From the NCBI GenBank assembly GCA_965229565.1, contig OZ245888.1, forward strand, positions 2,073,467 to 2,137,466: a DNA stretch of 64,000 nucleotides, in the 5' to 3' direction. The position numbers and the translations under genes were made by a program. Source of the stretch: Gammaproteobacteria bacterium (GTDB lineage Bacteria > Pseudomonadota > Gammaproteobacteria > Eutrophobiales > Eutrophobiaceae). Position 1 is the first letter of the stretch. Each line of letters opens with the position of its first letter. The notes beneath the pieces are model-generated. The model worked only from the letters and a program-made list of their open reading frames with translations. It searched no databases and was not told the origin of the DNA. Below, piece by piece: positions 9,408 to 17,411 of the stretch.

Positions 9408-10226
9408 ATGGAAATACAAGATCGAGTAGGCATCATTACCGGTGGTGGCAGCGGCATTGGTAACGCCGTAAGTTTTGAATTAGCAAAGCGCGGTGTCAAG
9501 AAGCTGGCACTGGTCGATATGTCAGACAATATCGAGATTGCTGCTGAACAGGTGAATAATGAAGTTAATGCTGACATTGCTGTTCCATTTAAAGGCAATA
9601 CCTGCGATGAAGACTTTCGCACACATGTCTTCGAGGAAATGAAATCAAAATATGGTTTACCCTCTATCTGTATTCCTGCAGCGGGTATTACTCGTGACGA
9701 CCTCGCAGTTAGAGTCGATAAGGAAACGAAGAAAGCAAAAATGTACCCGGTTGAAAACTTCAAACTGGTCGTGGATGTGAATTTGATTGCCCCTATCTAC
9801 TGGGCTATGCACATGATTGCGCTGATTGCGGAAGATCGTGCAGAAAAAGGACTGAAGAAATGGCACCCGGATGAGAGAGTGCGAGGTACTGTTATATTTA
9901 TTGGATCCATTTCATCGCAGGGCAACAAGGGCCAGGTGTCTTATGCATCAACCAAAGCCGGTATTGAAGGTGCAGCAGCGACATTAACCAAGGAAGCGAT
10001 TTTTCACGGCGTCCGCTGTGGCGTCATTCACCCGGGGTTTACAGACACGCCAATGGTGCGTGCAATGGGTGATGAATACATTGAAAAATACGTATTGCCG
10101 GATACCCAGTTGGGTCGACTGATACGCCCGCAGGAAATTGCGGACGCGATATGCTTCATGATCTCAAACTCCGCGGTAAGCGGTGAACTCTGGGCCGATG
10201 CGGGCTGGCATCCCTCCCCTGCATAG
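9408..10226 (+). CDS. Short-chain dehydrogenase/reductase (SDR)
   Basis: 272 aa from the ATG at 9408 with TAAGAGG upstream. Cofactor motif TGGGSGIG and catalytic YASTK. Confidence 0.85.
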   Translation: MEIQDRVGIITGGGSGIGNAVSFELAKRGVKKLALVDMSDNIEIAAEQVNNEVNADIAVPFKGNTCDEDFRTHVFEEMKSKYGLPSICIPAAGITRDDLAVRVDKETKKAKMYPVENFKLVVDVNLIAPIYWAMHMIALIAEDRAEKGLKKWHPDERVRGTVIFIGSISSQGNKGQVSYASTKAGIEGAAATLTKEAIFHGVRCGVIHPGFTDTPMVRAMGDEYIEKYVLPDTQLGRLIRPQEIADAICFMISNSAVSGELWADAGWHPSPA

Positions 10227-10243
10227 GCAAAACCATTTAAAAA

Positions 10244-10269
10244 AGCCCGGTATAGACCGGGCTTTTTTT
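10244..10269. terminator. Bidirectional rho-independent terminator
   Basis: AGCCCGGT-atag-ACCGGGCT, flanked by an A-run upstream and TTTTTTT downstream. It lies between the convergent SDR and 10280..10645 genes. Confidence 0.8.
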
Positions 10270-10279
10270 ACAGTCATAT

Positions 10280-10645
10280 TCAGGGACAACGCTCATCGCG
10301 GTAGTCCGTCAGGCTGATTTCCTGTAGATCCGGGTAAGCTTCATCGCGGTAGAATGACCACTGTCCGGCATTCAACGAATCATAAGTGCCACCATTACGC
10401 ATGTCGATAAAAACCCAGCGAATCAATTCCGAATCAATGGCCTCGTTCTTTATGCAGGCAAGTATCCAGCGGGCATTAAAGCCCAGTTTAATAATTGCGG
10501 GCTCTATCATGGTGACGTCTTCATCGTTTTTAACGTAATAGTCACCCTCTTCGTTCTGTACCAGTTTATGATTACCCGGCAGGTCCATGGCCTGCGCTGT
10601 CGGCATGAATAGCAGCATGAAGTAAGTCAATAATGAATATTTCAT
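10280..10645 (-). CDS. Secreted protein, function unknown
   Basis: 121 aa with the signal peptide MKYSLLTYFMLLFMPTAQA. Confidence 0.5.
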   Translation of the reverse strand: MKYSLLTYFMLLFMPTAQAMDLPGNHKLVQNEEGDYYVKNDEDVTMIEPAIIKLGFNARWILACIKNEAIDSELIRWVFIDMRNGGTYDSLNAGQWSFYRDEAYPDLQEISLTDYRDERCP

Positions 10646-10679
10646 TGTTCTCTATAGCTCTGTTATTTCAATGTTTAAA

Positions 10680-10955
10680 TTATCGGCCACCGAGCAATTT
10701 TGCCACGGCATGATCGCTGCCCAGGAAACCTACCACCAGGCCAATAAATCCCATGAAGCCGAAAACGATGGTTGGCAACCAGGCGCCGCTGCGAACATCT
10801 GCCGGTGCCACCCAGGGCACGGCGATCGCCAGCCCTGTCAGGATAAGCCCTAGTATGCAAACCAACGGTCGCTTCCAGTTTGCAGGGCGATAACCCTCTG
10901 AATCCTGTTCAAAGTGACGCAAGACCGGGTTAAAAACTTTTCTTAGAAAGTTCAT
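10680..10955 (-). CDS. Two-TM small membrane protein, function unknown
   Basis: 91 aa with two hydrophobic helices. 4-nt overlap with the upstream NADAR gene. Confidence 0.45.
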   Translation of the reverse strand: MNFLRKVFNPVLRHFEQDSEGYRPANWKRPLVCILGLILTGLAIAVPWVAPADVRSGAWLPTIVFGFMGFIGLVVGFLGSDHAVAKLLGGR

Positions 10956-11434
10956 CGTGCCATCTTCTCTTCATTCAACTTGGCGCGGATATTCATCAGA
11001 ACCTTACCATAATTGTTATGACCCAGACGATCCCTGCCACAACCCCAGAAATAGTCATACTGGCTATTTTCCATGATTTGATTCGTACCCGTTCGTAGAA
11101 GCTGTTCTCCTATCTCCTCGAAGGTACGACACTTGGTATACATACCTCTTACCATCATTACGACACGGTTCTTTTTCCAGTCCTTTTGGCGTTTCGGTTT
11201 TCGTGCATGCCCCAGTTCGTTGGCCCTGGCCGGGGTCTCACACAACCTGATTTCCTGTTGGTAGTCCGGGTCACTGAACTTCATGGCCTGGTAATAATGT
11301 TCCAACGTAGGCCAAAACTGGCCCTCCAGTTCGAAACCGTGTTGCGAATAAGAAGACAGCGGCTCAGTGCTATCCGAGCGGGAAAGAAAGATCGTGGTAT
11401 CGTCCGGACTGTTGAATAAGGCCATATTGCTCAA
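10952..11434 (-). CDS. NADAR (YbiA/DUF1768) family protein
   Basis: 160 aa with family-like elements FWPTLEHYYQAMKF and DYFWGCG. Confidence 0.7.
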   Translation of the reverse strand: MSNMALFNSPDDTTIFLSRSDSTEPLSSYSQHGFELEGQFWPTLEHYYQAMKFSDPDYQQEIRLCETPARANELGHARKPKRQKDWKKNRVVMMVRGMYTKCRTFEEIGEQLLRTGTNQIMENSQYDYFWGCGRDRLGHNNYGKVLMNIRAKLNEEKMAR

Positions 11435-11450
11435 TTAGTTAGGATAAAAA

Positions 11451-11459
11451 TGGTAGAAT
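11451..11459 (+). promoter_or_regulatory. Candidate extended -10 promoter element
   Basis: TGgTAGAAT lies about 100 nt upstream of the 11563 start in an AT-rich gap. No good -35 was seen. Confidence 0.3.
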
Positions 11460-11562
11460 TTAACGGCTATAGTACAACAAAGCCAGTCGCTATTTGGTGC
11501 GAATTATATTTTGCTATAAAAGCCTGAATATCCTAAGATTTTACATCAGGTTATTATGATAA

Positions 11563-12243
11563 ATGGGTATATTAGAAGTGGAAAACGACAATCAGGATAA
11601 ACCCAGGCCAAGATTACTCGCTGAATACCTGCCCTGCTCCAGAGGCTCAATACGTCTCGCCATGCAGAAAAAGCGTGAGAGCAAGGTCAAGGGCAACAAG
11701 ATCAAGCACATTGGCGAAATCTTGGTTGCGGAAAAAATCATCACAGAAGAAGAATTGCAAAATGCATTGCGGCGGCAACGCTCGGATCGATTGGCCCATT
11801 GCCCGGGTTTTACATCACTAAGCAAGGCGGAGCTAAGCGCGATAAGTAAACACTTTACTGAAATCAGTGTGCCGTCCGACAAGCAGTTTATCTTTGAGGG
11901 CGAAGAGGATCCGACCATGTATGTACTGGTCGATGGACAGCTTGAAGTCTTTATTCATAATGAAAACGGCGACGAAATACACATTGCCTATGTGCGGCCG
12001 GTCCAGCCTATCGGTGAAATGGGTTATTTCCAGGGTGGTACCCGTACCGCATCAGTCAGAGCGGTAACACCATCTGAATTACTGGTGGCAAGCTACAAGA
12101 ACCTGACCCATTATTTTGAACACGTCCCGCATGTTGCACATGCGTTTGTTGAAATGGTTCAACGTCGTCAGGCAGAAACCAACCGTATCATAGAAGATGC
12201 GGATTCGGACGATGCCTCGCTACTTGAAAAGACCCTGCAATAA
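11563..12243 (+). CDS. Cyclic nucleotide-binding domain protein with an N-terminal MshEN/T2SSE_N-like helix motif
   Basis: 226 aa with the phosphate-binding cassette GEMGYFQGGTRTASVRA and the upstream IFEGEEDPTMYVLVDGQLEV. The N-terminal HIGEILVAEKIITEEELQNALRRQ is the helix motif. An alternative start is the ATG at 11662. Confidence 0.75.
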   Translation: MGILEVENDNQDKPRPRLLAEYLPCSRGSIRLAMQKKRESKVKGNKIKHIGEILVAEKIITEEELQNALRRQRSDRLAHCPGFTSLSKAELSAISKHFTEISVPSDKQFIFEGEEDPTMYVLVDGQLEVFIHNENGDEIHIAYVRPVQPIGEMGYFQGGTRTASVRAVTPSELLVASYKNLTHYFEHVPHVAHAFVEMVQRRQAETNRIIEDADSDDASLLEKTLQ

Positions 12244-12265
12244 TTCCAGGCCCCGGTTTTAATCC

Positions 12266-15200
12266 ATGTCAGAGAATGAACTGAAAAAAATACTATTGCT
12301 TGACGATAGTGCTGACTATCGTAACCTGATCAAGCTGTTTATAAAAAAACTGCTGCCAGAGATAGACATCGTTGAACATGATCCTCTCACTCAAGGTATT
12401 CCCGACGAAAATTTCAACTGGGGAGAGTATGACGTTCTGTTACTGGATTTCGATTTGACGATACCCGGTGTAACAGGTCTGGACATACTGCAAAAAAATC
12501 ATAAAAGACCGGACTTCCCTGCCACTATCATGTTAACCGGTGCCGGCACAGAAGAAATTGCACTGCGAGCGCTACGCTTTGGCATTTTTGAATACCAGAG
12601 CAAGCAAAAGCTGACCAAGGACAAACTCAAGGAATTGATTATTCAGGCGCATGAGGCCAGAAAAGAAGTACGCGCCAACACTGAGCAACGCCAGGAACAA
12701 ACCAGTGCCTTCAGCAAGGAAGTCTTTTACGACAAGCTGCGTAAGGCTTCCGAGGATCCGGACTCACAGCGTGTATTAATCGTTATTCAACTGGACGATG
12801 TGGAACAGATAGAGACCAAGATAGGGATCATTGGCAGAGACAGCCTGGTAAATTTCATCGCTCGAAAGTGTTTTGAAATGTTCAAATTAGGTGAATGTAA
12901 CCCAAATATTACCAAGACAGGCGACAACGCCATTGCCCTGCAAATTGATTTCCCGGATAGCATGCAAACGCTAGAGAAAAATATGCGAGGGATATGCAAA
13001 AATCTCGATAAGTCCGTGTTTCGTTTTGCCGATATACAACATGAATTCAGGGTTAGCATCGGTGTATTAAAACTGGGCAATCTGATTTCCACTACGCAAC
13101 AGCTTATCGAACTCACCATGGAAGCAGCACAGCGAGCGAGCGTGGAAAAATCGAATTCTTTCTACATCTGGAAAGATAACGCCGAAATAACCACAAATGA
13201 AAGTGAAAACGATGATGCAGAAACAATTGATGATAACGCGGCAGCACTGGAATCTGCCGATGACGCAGAAGAAGCCAGGCAGAATTTAAAAAGGAAACTT
13301 CAGGAAATTTCCCGGAGAAAAGCCAGGGTCGAACAGGAAGTACGTTCCAGCCAGGAAGAACAACAGAAACTGGATGAAAAACTGGAGTCCGATGCTGCCG
13401 CGCGGGCCGAGATGGAAGCAAGATTAAAAGCAGCTGAAGAAGAACGTACCAGGCTGGAAGCAGAAACCCGGGAAAAGGCCGAAGCAGAGGTCAGGGCCAG
13501 GACAGAAGAAAAAGAACGTGCCAGGCTGGAAGCAGAAAAGCGCGCAGAGGAAGAAGCTCAACAACGTCGCGAAGCGGAAATAAAGGCAGAGACCGAGGCA
13601 AAATCCAAGGCCGAGCTGGAAGCCAAACTCAAGCAACTAGAAGAAGAGCGTGCACAACGCGAGCAGGAACAACAGAAAGAGCGGGAGGCTCAACAAAAAA
13701 GAGAGGCCGAATTAAAAGCCGAAGCAGAGGAACAGGCCAGGGCCGAGCTGGAAGCAAGGCTAAAGGAACTGGAAGAAGAACGTGTTAGACATGAACAGGA
13801 ACAACAGGCTGAACACGAGGCCAGGCAAAAGCGAGAGGCTGAACTAAAAGCCGAGGCTGAACAAAAAGCAGAGCTTGAGGGAAAAGCCAAGGCAGAACTG
13901 GAAGCAAAACTCAAGGAACTGGAAGAAGAGCGTGCACAACGCGAGCAGGAACAACAGAAAGAGCGGGAGGCCTTGAAACAGCGAGAGCTAGAACTCAAGG
14001 CTGAAGCAGAGCAAAAGGCCAGGGCCGAGCTTGATGCAAAGCTGAAAGAATTAGAAGAAGAACGTGCCAAACGTGAACACGAGCAGCAGGCTGAACACGA
14101 GGCCATGCTACAGCGAGAGGCTGAATTAACAGCAGCGATAGAGGCCGAGATCAAGGCCAAGGCCGAGCTCGAGGAAGAAATGAAGGAAGCACGACAGGCC
14201 AAGGAAAGACTTGAGGCAGATCTGAAGGCTATTTCCGAGGCCAAGGAAAAGGCAGAAGCCGAAATGAAGGCCATGCAGGAGCAGAAAGCACAGTTGGAAA
14301 AGGATTTACAACACGCCTTTTCGCTAAGCCCGACAACCAATGTACTTGACGCGTCGCCACCACCAGCTACCTCAACTACTGCACCTCCGACTCAAGCGAC
14401 TGCTAATACAGAACCGGCTAAAAGGTTAGTACAACCTGAAGCTGCTGCCGACAAGCATGATGAGCCAGAGCAGGATCAGTCTACAATAGAAAGTTCAATT
14501 AGAAAGATGCTAACTGAAAACAGGATCATACAAACCTATCAACCTGTGGTACTAATGGGAGAAGAATCCGAGGAAAATGATGAACCTGGCATGGAAATCT
14601 ACCAGACTGGGTTGTTGTGTATTGATGAAGAAGAAAACTCCGGCATCAATGAATGGCTGCAAGACATAGCCTCACTATCCCTTGAGCTGCAACAATCACT
14701 GCAGGAATTTATACTGCGACAGGTATTTGCCCGAATTACAGAAAGAGAGATGGGCAATATGCCGTATAAGTTCATCATAAATATTTCTGCAGTCTGGTTT
14801 GCAGATATCAAGCTGTTTGATTGGCTGCAGAAGATATTAAATCAGACAAAACCCTACAACCCTGGTAAAGCCTTTATACTCAATATTCCTTTATCTTTAT
14901 ACCTTGAACATGAAAAACGTGCATCTGCGTTAATCAGTACGCTACGCAAAAACCACCATTTCCAGATCGCATTATCTGAATTCAACGACAAAAAAAATAT
15001 TGACAAAATTTGCAAAAGTGCTGCGATCAAATATCTCAATACTGACCTTGAGGGTTTAAAAAGTTTAACTACGCAATTGGCTCCAACAGAAACAAAAAGC
15101 ACTGATAGTGAGGAAGAACAGGAGAAAAAAAACCTGCTTCAGCATTTAAAGGGAACTGGGTTAAAGTTGATCAGTTCCGGCATTAATGACGCTACCACGC

Positions 15201-15310
15201 TTACCGAAGCCATCACCCTGGGAGCAGACTACACTGTTGGTGATTTCGTCGGCGAAGTTCAAGAATCATTAAACGAGTCTGCATCAGTAGAGTCCTTCGA
15301 ATTAACCTGA
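12266..15310 (+). CDS. Response-regulator receiver protein with degenerate GGDEF and EAL domains separated by a long coiled coil
   Basis: 1014 aa. REC: ILLLDDS, DVLLLDFDL, IMLTGAG. The GGDEF-like fold has TGDNA at the GGDEF site. A Glu/Lys/Ala/Gln-rich coiled coil spans aa ~335-682. The EAL-like fold (YQPVV...) lacks catalytic residues. Confidence 0.8.
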   Translation: MSENELKKILLLDDSADYRNLIKLFIKKLLPEIDIVEHDPLTQGIPDENFNWGEYDVLLLDFDLTIPGVTGLDILQKNHKRPDFPATIMLTGAGTEEIALRALRFGIFEYQSKQKLTKDKLKELIIQAHEARKEVRANTEQRQEQTSAFSKEVFYDKLRKASEDPDSQRVLIVIQLDDVEQIETKIGIIGRDSLVNFIARKCFEMFKLGECNPNITKTGDNAIALQIDFPDSMQTLEKNMRGICKNLDKSVFRFADIQHEFRVSIGVLKLGNLISTTQQLIELTMEAAQRASVEKSNSFYIWKDNAEITTNESENDDAETIDDNAAALESADDAEEARQNLKRKLQEISRRKARVEQEVRSSQEEQQKLDEKLESDAAARAEMEARLKAAEEERTRLEAETREKAEAEVRARTEEKERARLEAEKRAEEEAQQRREAEIKAETEAKSKAELEAKLKQLEEERAQREQEQQKEREAQQKREAELKAEAEEQARAELEARLKELEEERVRHEQEQQAEHEARQKREAELKAEAEQKAELEGKAKAELEAKLKELEEERAQREQEQQKEREALKQRELELKAEAEQKARAELDAKLKELEEERAKREHEQQAEHEAMLQREAELTAAIEAEIKAKAELEEEMKEARQAKERLEADLKAISEAKEKAEAEMKAMQEQKAQLEKDLQHAFSLSPTTNVLDASPPPATSTTAPPTQATANTEPAKRLVQPEAAADKHDEPEQDQSTIESSIRKMLTENRIIQTYQPVVLMGEESEENDEPGMEIYQTGLLCIDEEENSGINEWLQDIASLSLELQQSLQEFILRQVFARITEREMGNMPYKFIINISAVWFADIKLFDWLQKILNQTKPYNPGKAFILNIPLSLYLEHEKRASALISTLRKNHHFQIALSEFNDKKNIDKICKSAAIKYLNTDLEGLKSLTTQLAPTETKSTDSEEEQEKKNLLQHLKGTGLKLISSGINDATTLTEAITLGADYTVGDFVGEVQESLNESASVESFELT
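13570..14250 (+). repeat. Intragenic tandem repeats (about 132-150 nt period) encoding coiled-coil modules
   Basis: Unit starts were read at 13570, 13706, 13838, 13988 and 14120 (AELKAEAE...LKELEEER...EQEQQ). An exact 50-nt copy occurs at 13640-13689 and 13922-13971. Confidence 0.85.
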
Positions 15311-15311
15311 C

Positions 15312-16061
15312 ATGTGTAACAGGTTTCTGCCGCTGACATTGCTGTTATTTACCGCATTTAATGTAAATGCTGATTTTACAGCAGGCGGTGACGCCTACAA
15401 GCGTGGCGATTTTGCTGCAGCGGCAAAGGAATTCAGGCCACTGGCGGAAAGAGGTGACCACCGAGCGATGTATGCGCTGGGGTCCATGTATGCAGCCGGT
15501 CTCGGTGTTGATAAAGATCTCAACATGGCCTTTGAGCTTTTTGATGAAGCCGCAAAAAACGGGCGTGTTGATGCCATGTATAAACTTGGCTTGATGTATG
15601 AAGAGGGGTTAGCAACCCAACAGGACTATCGCAAGGCATTGCGCTATTACCAGAAATCAGCCCGACAGGGTTACCCGTTAAGCCAATACCGTTTTGGTTT
15701 AATGTATGCAAGGGGTAAAGGTGTCAGTCAAAACCCGGTGACTGCCAGTGCCTGGTTAATCATAGCCGGCCATTATTTTATTTATGAATCCGGAAAAACA
15801 GATAACCCGGCGAATTCCGCCACAGGCTTTGCGCAGAAAATACTCTTTACCCAACAACAGGAACTGGATCGGATTACGCGTACCCTGGTAGACGAACTGC
15901 AAGCCCTGAAAAAACAACTGACGCAGGAAGAGATAGAACTGGTAAGAACAAAGGTGATTGAATTCGAAAAATATAAAAAGGAATATCATAGTAACAGCGT
16001 CAAAAATATCAACGCAAATGGTTTATACGAAAAACTGTTTCTTCCCGACACTCTTCAATAA
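15312..16061 (+). CDS. Secreted Sel1-like repeat protein
   Basis: 249 aa with the signal peptide LPLTLLLFTAFNVNA. It has at least 3 Sel1 units (AMYALGSMYAAGLGVDKD, AMYKLGLMYEEGLATQQD, SQYRFGLMYARGKGVSQN). The start is 1 nt after the upstream stop. Confidence 0.8.
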   Translation: MCNRFLPLTLLLFTAFNVNADFTAGGDAYKRGDFAAAAKEFRPLAERGDHRAMYALGSMYAAGLGVDKDLNMAFELFDEAAKNGRVDAMYKLGLMYEEGLATQQDYRKALRYYQKSARQGYPLSQYRFGLMYARGKGVSQNPVTASAWLIIAGHYFIYESGKTDNPANSATGFAQKILFTQQQELDRITRTLVDELQALKKQLTQEEIELVRTKVIEFEKYKKEYHSNSVKNINANGLYEKLFLPDTLQ

Positions 16062-16088
16062 ATAAACAAGGTTGTAGCCTGCCCCTCC

Positions 16089-17360
16089 TTACGGCTGATC
16101 TACGCCATTTGCCGTAATCGATCGTATCTCTTCGGCAATCAGGGCAATTCCTTTTTCTACTACGGGGGTATCCATGGAGTAAGTCACCCTCAGGCATTGG
16201 TGCTTGTGACTCCAGTCATCATTATCAAGACCGGGGAAAAAATATTCTCCAGGAATCACCAGCACATGCTTTTCTTTCAAACGTTGATAAAGTTGTAACG
16301 TTGTGACAGGCAGGTCCGGAAACCATAACCACAGGAAGATGGCACCCTCTGGACGATGGATCATGTACTTGATGTCGTGCATTTCACGGTTAATAACATC
16401 CAGTGCGTGTTCCAGTTTCTGCTGGTAATAGGGTTTAATTAACATTTGCGACAAGCGCAATAACTCACCACTTTCCACTAGGTCCTGGGCTATCATCGCA
16501 CCAAAATTTGGCGGTGCCAGGTTGATAATGGCATTCATGTTGCGGATAAGCTCTATAATCTCTGTATTGGCAATAACAATACCCGTACGGGCGCCCGGCA
16601 GGCCAACCTTGGACAAACTCATACAATAAATGATATTCGGGCTCCAGGCTGGTGACGTCTCTGTAAAAATAATATTCGGGAATGGATCGCCATAGGCATT
16701 ATCAATTATTAAAGGGACTGCACTGGATTCAGCCAGGGATATGAGTCGTTCAACCTCATCGTCAGTCAACACGTTGCCGGTAGGGTTCGTGGGCCGGGAG
16801 ACACACATTGCGGCCGTATTGTCCTGCACTTTTAAATGATCAAAATCGATACGGTATTTAAAAAAATGATCGCCCTGCTCTTCTATTACCGGACGATGCG
16901 AATAAAACAGGTTGTCTGTCAATGCGACGTCACCATAACCAATATACTCGGGTGTAATCGGTAACAATACCTGCCGATGCTGCCCTGTCTCGTCCTCACC
17001 ACCAAACATATTGAACAGGTAAAAAAAGGCCGACTGACTGCCAATGGTCAGGGCCACGTTTTCAGGCGTTATTCCCCAGCCATATTGCTTGTTCATGAGT
17101 TTGACCAGTGACGCTATAAATTGTCGGTTTCCTTCCGGCGATTCATAGTTACCGACTACATGTGAGAAACGGGAAGGGTTATCTATTAGTCGATGTAGCG
17201 AGTCTCGAAAGTATTGTTGTACTCCCGGTATATGGCTTGGATTACCACCGCCGAGCATCAAGGTCTCGTCCTGTCCGGCCATGGCCTTGCCAAGGTCATC
17301 CATCAGCCGAACGATGCCTGATTCGTTTGTAAATCTTGAAGCGAAACGCGAAAACTTCAT
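16089..17360 (-). CDS. avtA: Valine--pyruvate aminotransferase
   Basis: 423 aa, collinear with E. coli AvtA as I recall it (FSxF..F...SGI..LM.DL; MLGGGNP; GSQSAFFYLFN; VSRPTNPTGNV; MSLSKxGLPG; PEGAIFLWLWF). I use the ATG at 17360; 17369 is a TTG. Confidence 0.85.
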   Translation of the reverse strand: MKFSRFASRFTNESGIVRLMDDLGKAMAGQDETLMLGGGNPSHIPGVQQYFRDSLHRLIDNPSRFSHVVGNYESPEGNRQFIASLVKLMNKQYGWGITPENVALTIGSQSAFFYLFNMFGGEDETGQHRQVLLPITPEYIGYGDVALTDNLFYSHRPVIEEQGDHFFKYRIDFDHLKVQDNTAAMCVSRPTNPTGNVLTDDEVERLISLAESSAVPLIIDNAYGDPFPNIIFTETSPAWSPNIIYCMSLSKVGLPGARTGIVIANTEIIELIRNMNAIINLAPPNFGAMIAQDLVESGELLRLSQMLIKPYYQQKLEHALDVINREMHDIKYMIHRPEGAIFLWLWFPDLPVTTLQLYQRLKEKHVLVIPGEYFFPGLDNDDWSHKHQCLRVTYSMDTPVVEKGIALIAEEIRSITANGVDQP

Positions 17361-17411
17361 GCTGAACAACCAAACGTCCTGTTCAACTGGTAAAAAGCAG
17401 TCGGGTAAAAA

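Noticed and set aside
13690-14340. 216-aa minus-strand ORF rich in Ser, Ala and Cys
   Set aside because: It is the antisense reading of the GAA/GCA/AAG-rich coiled-coil repeats of the 1014-aa gene. Its low-complexity composition and full overlap with a well-supported gene mark it as an artefact.
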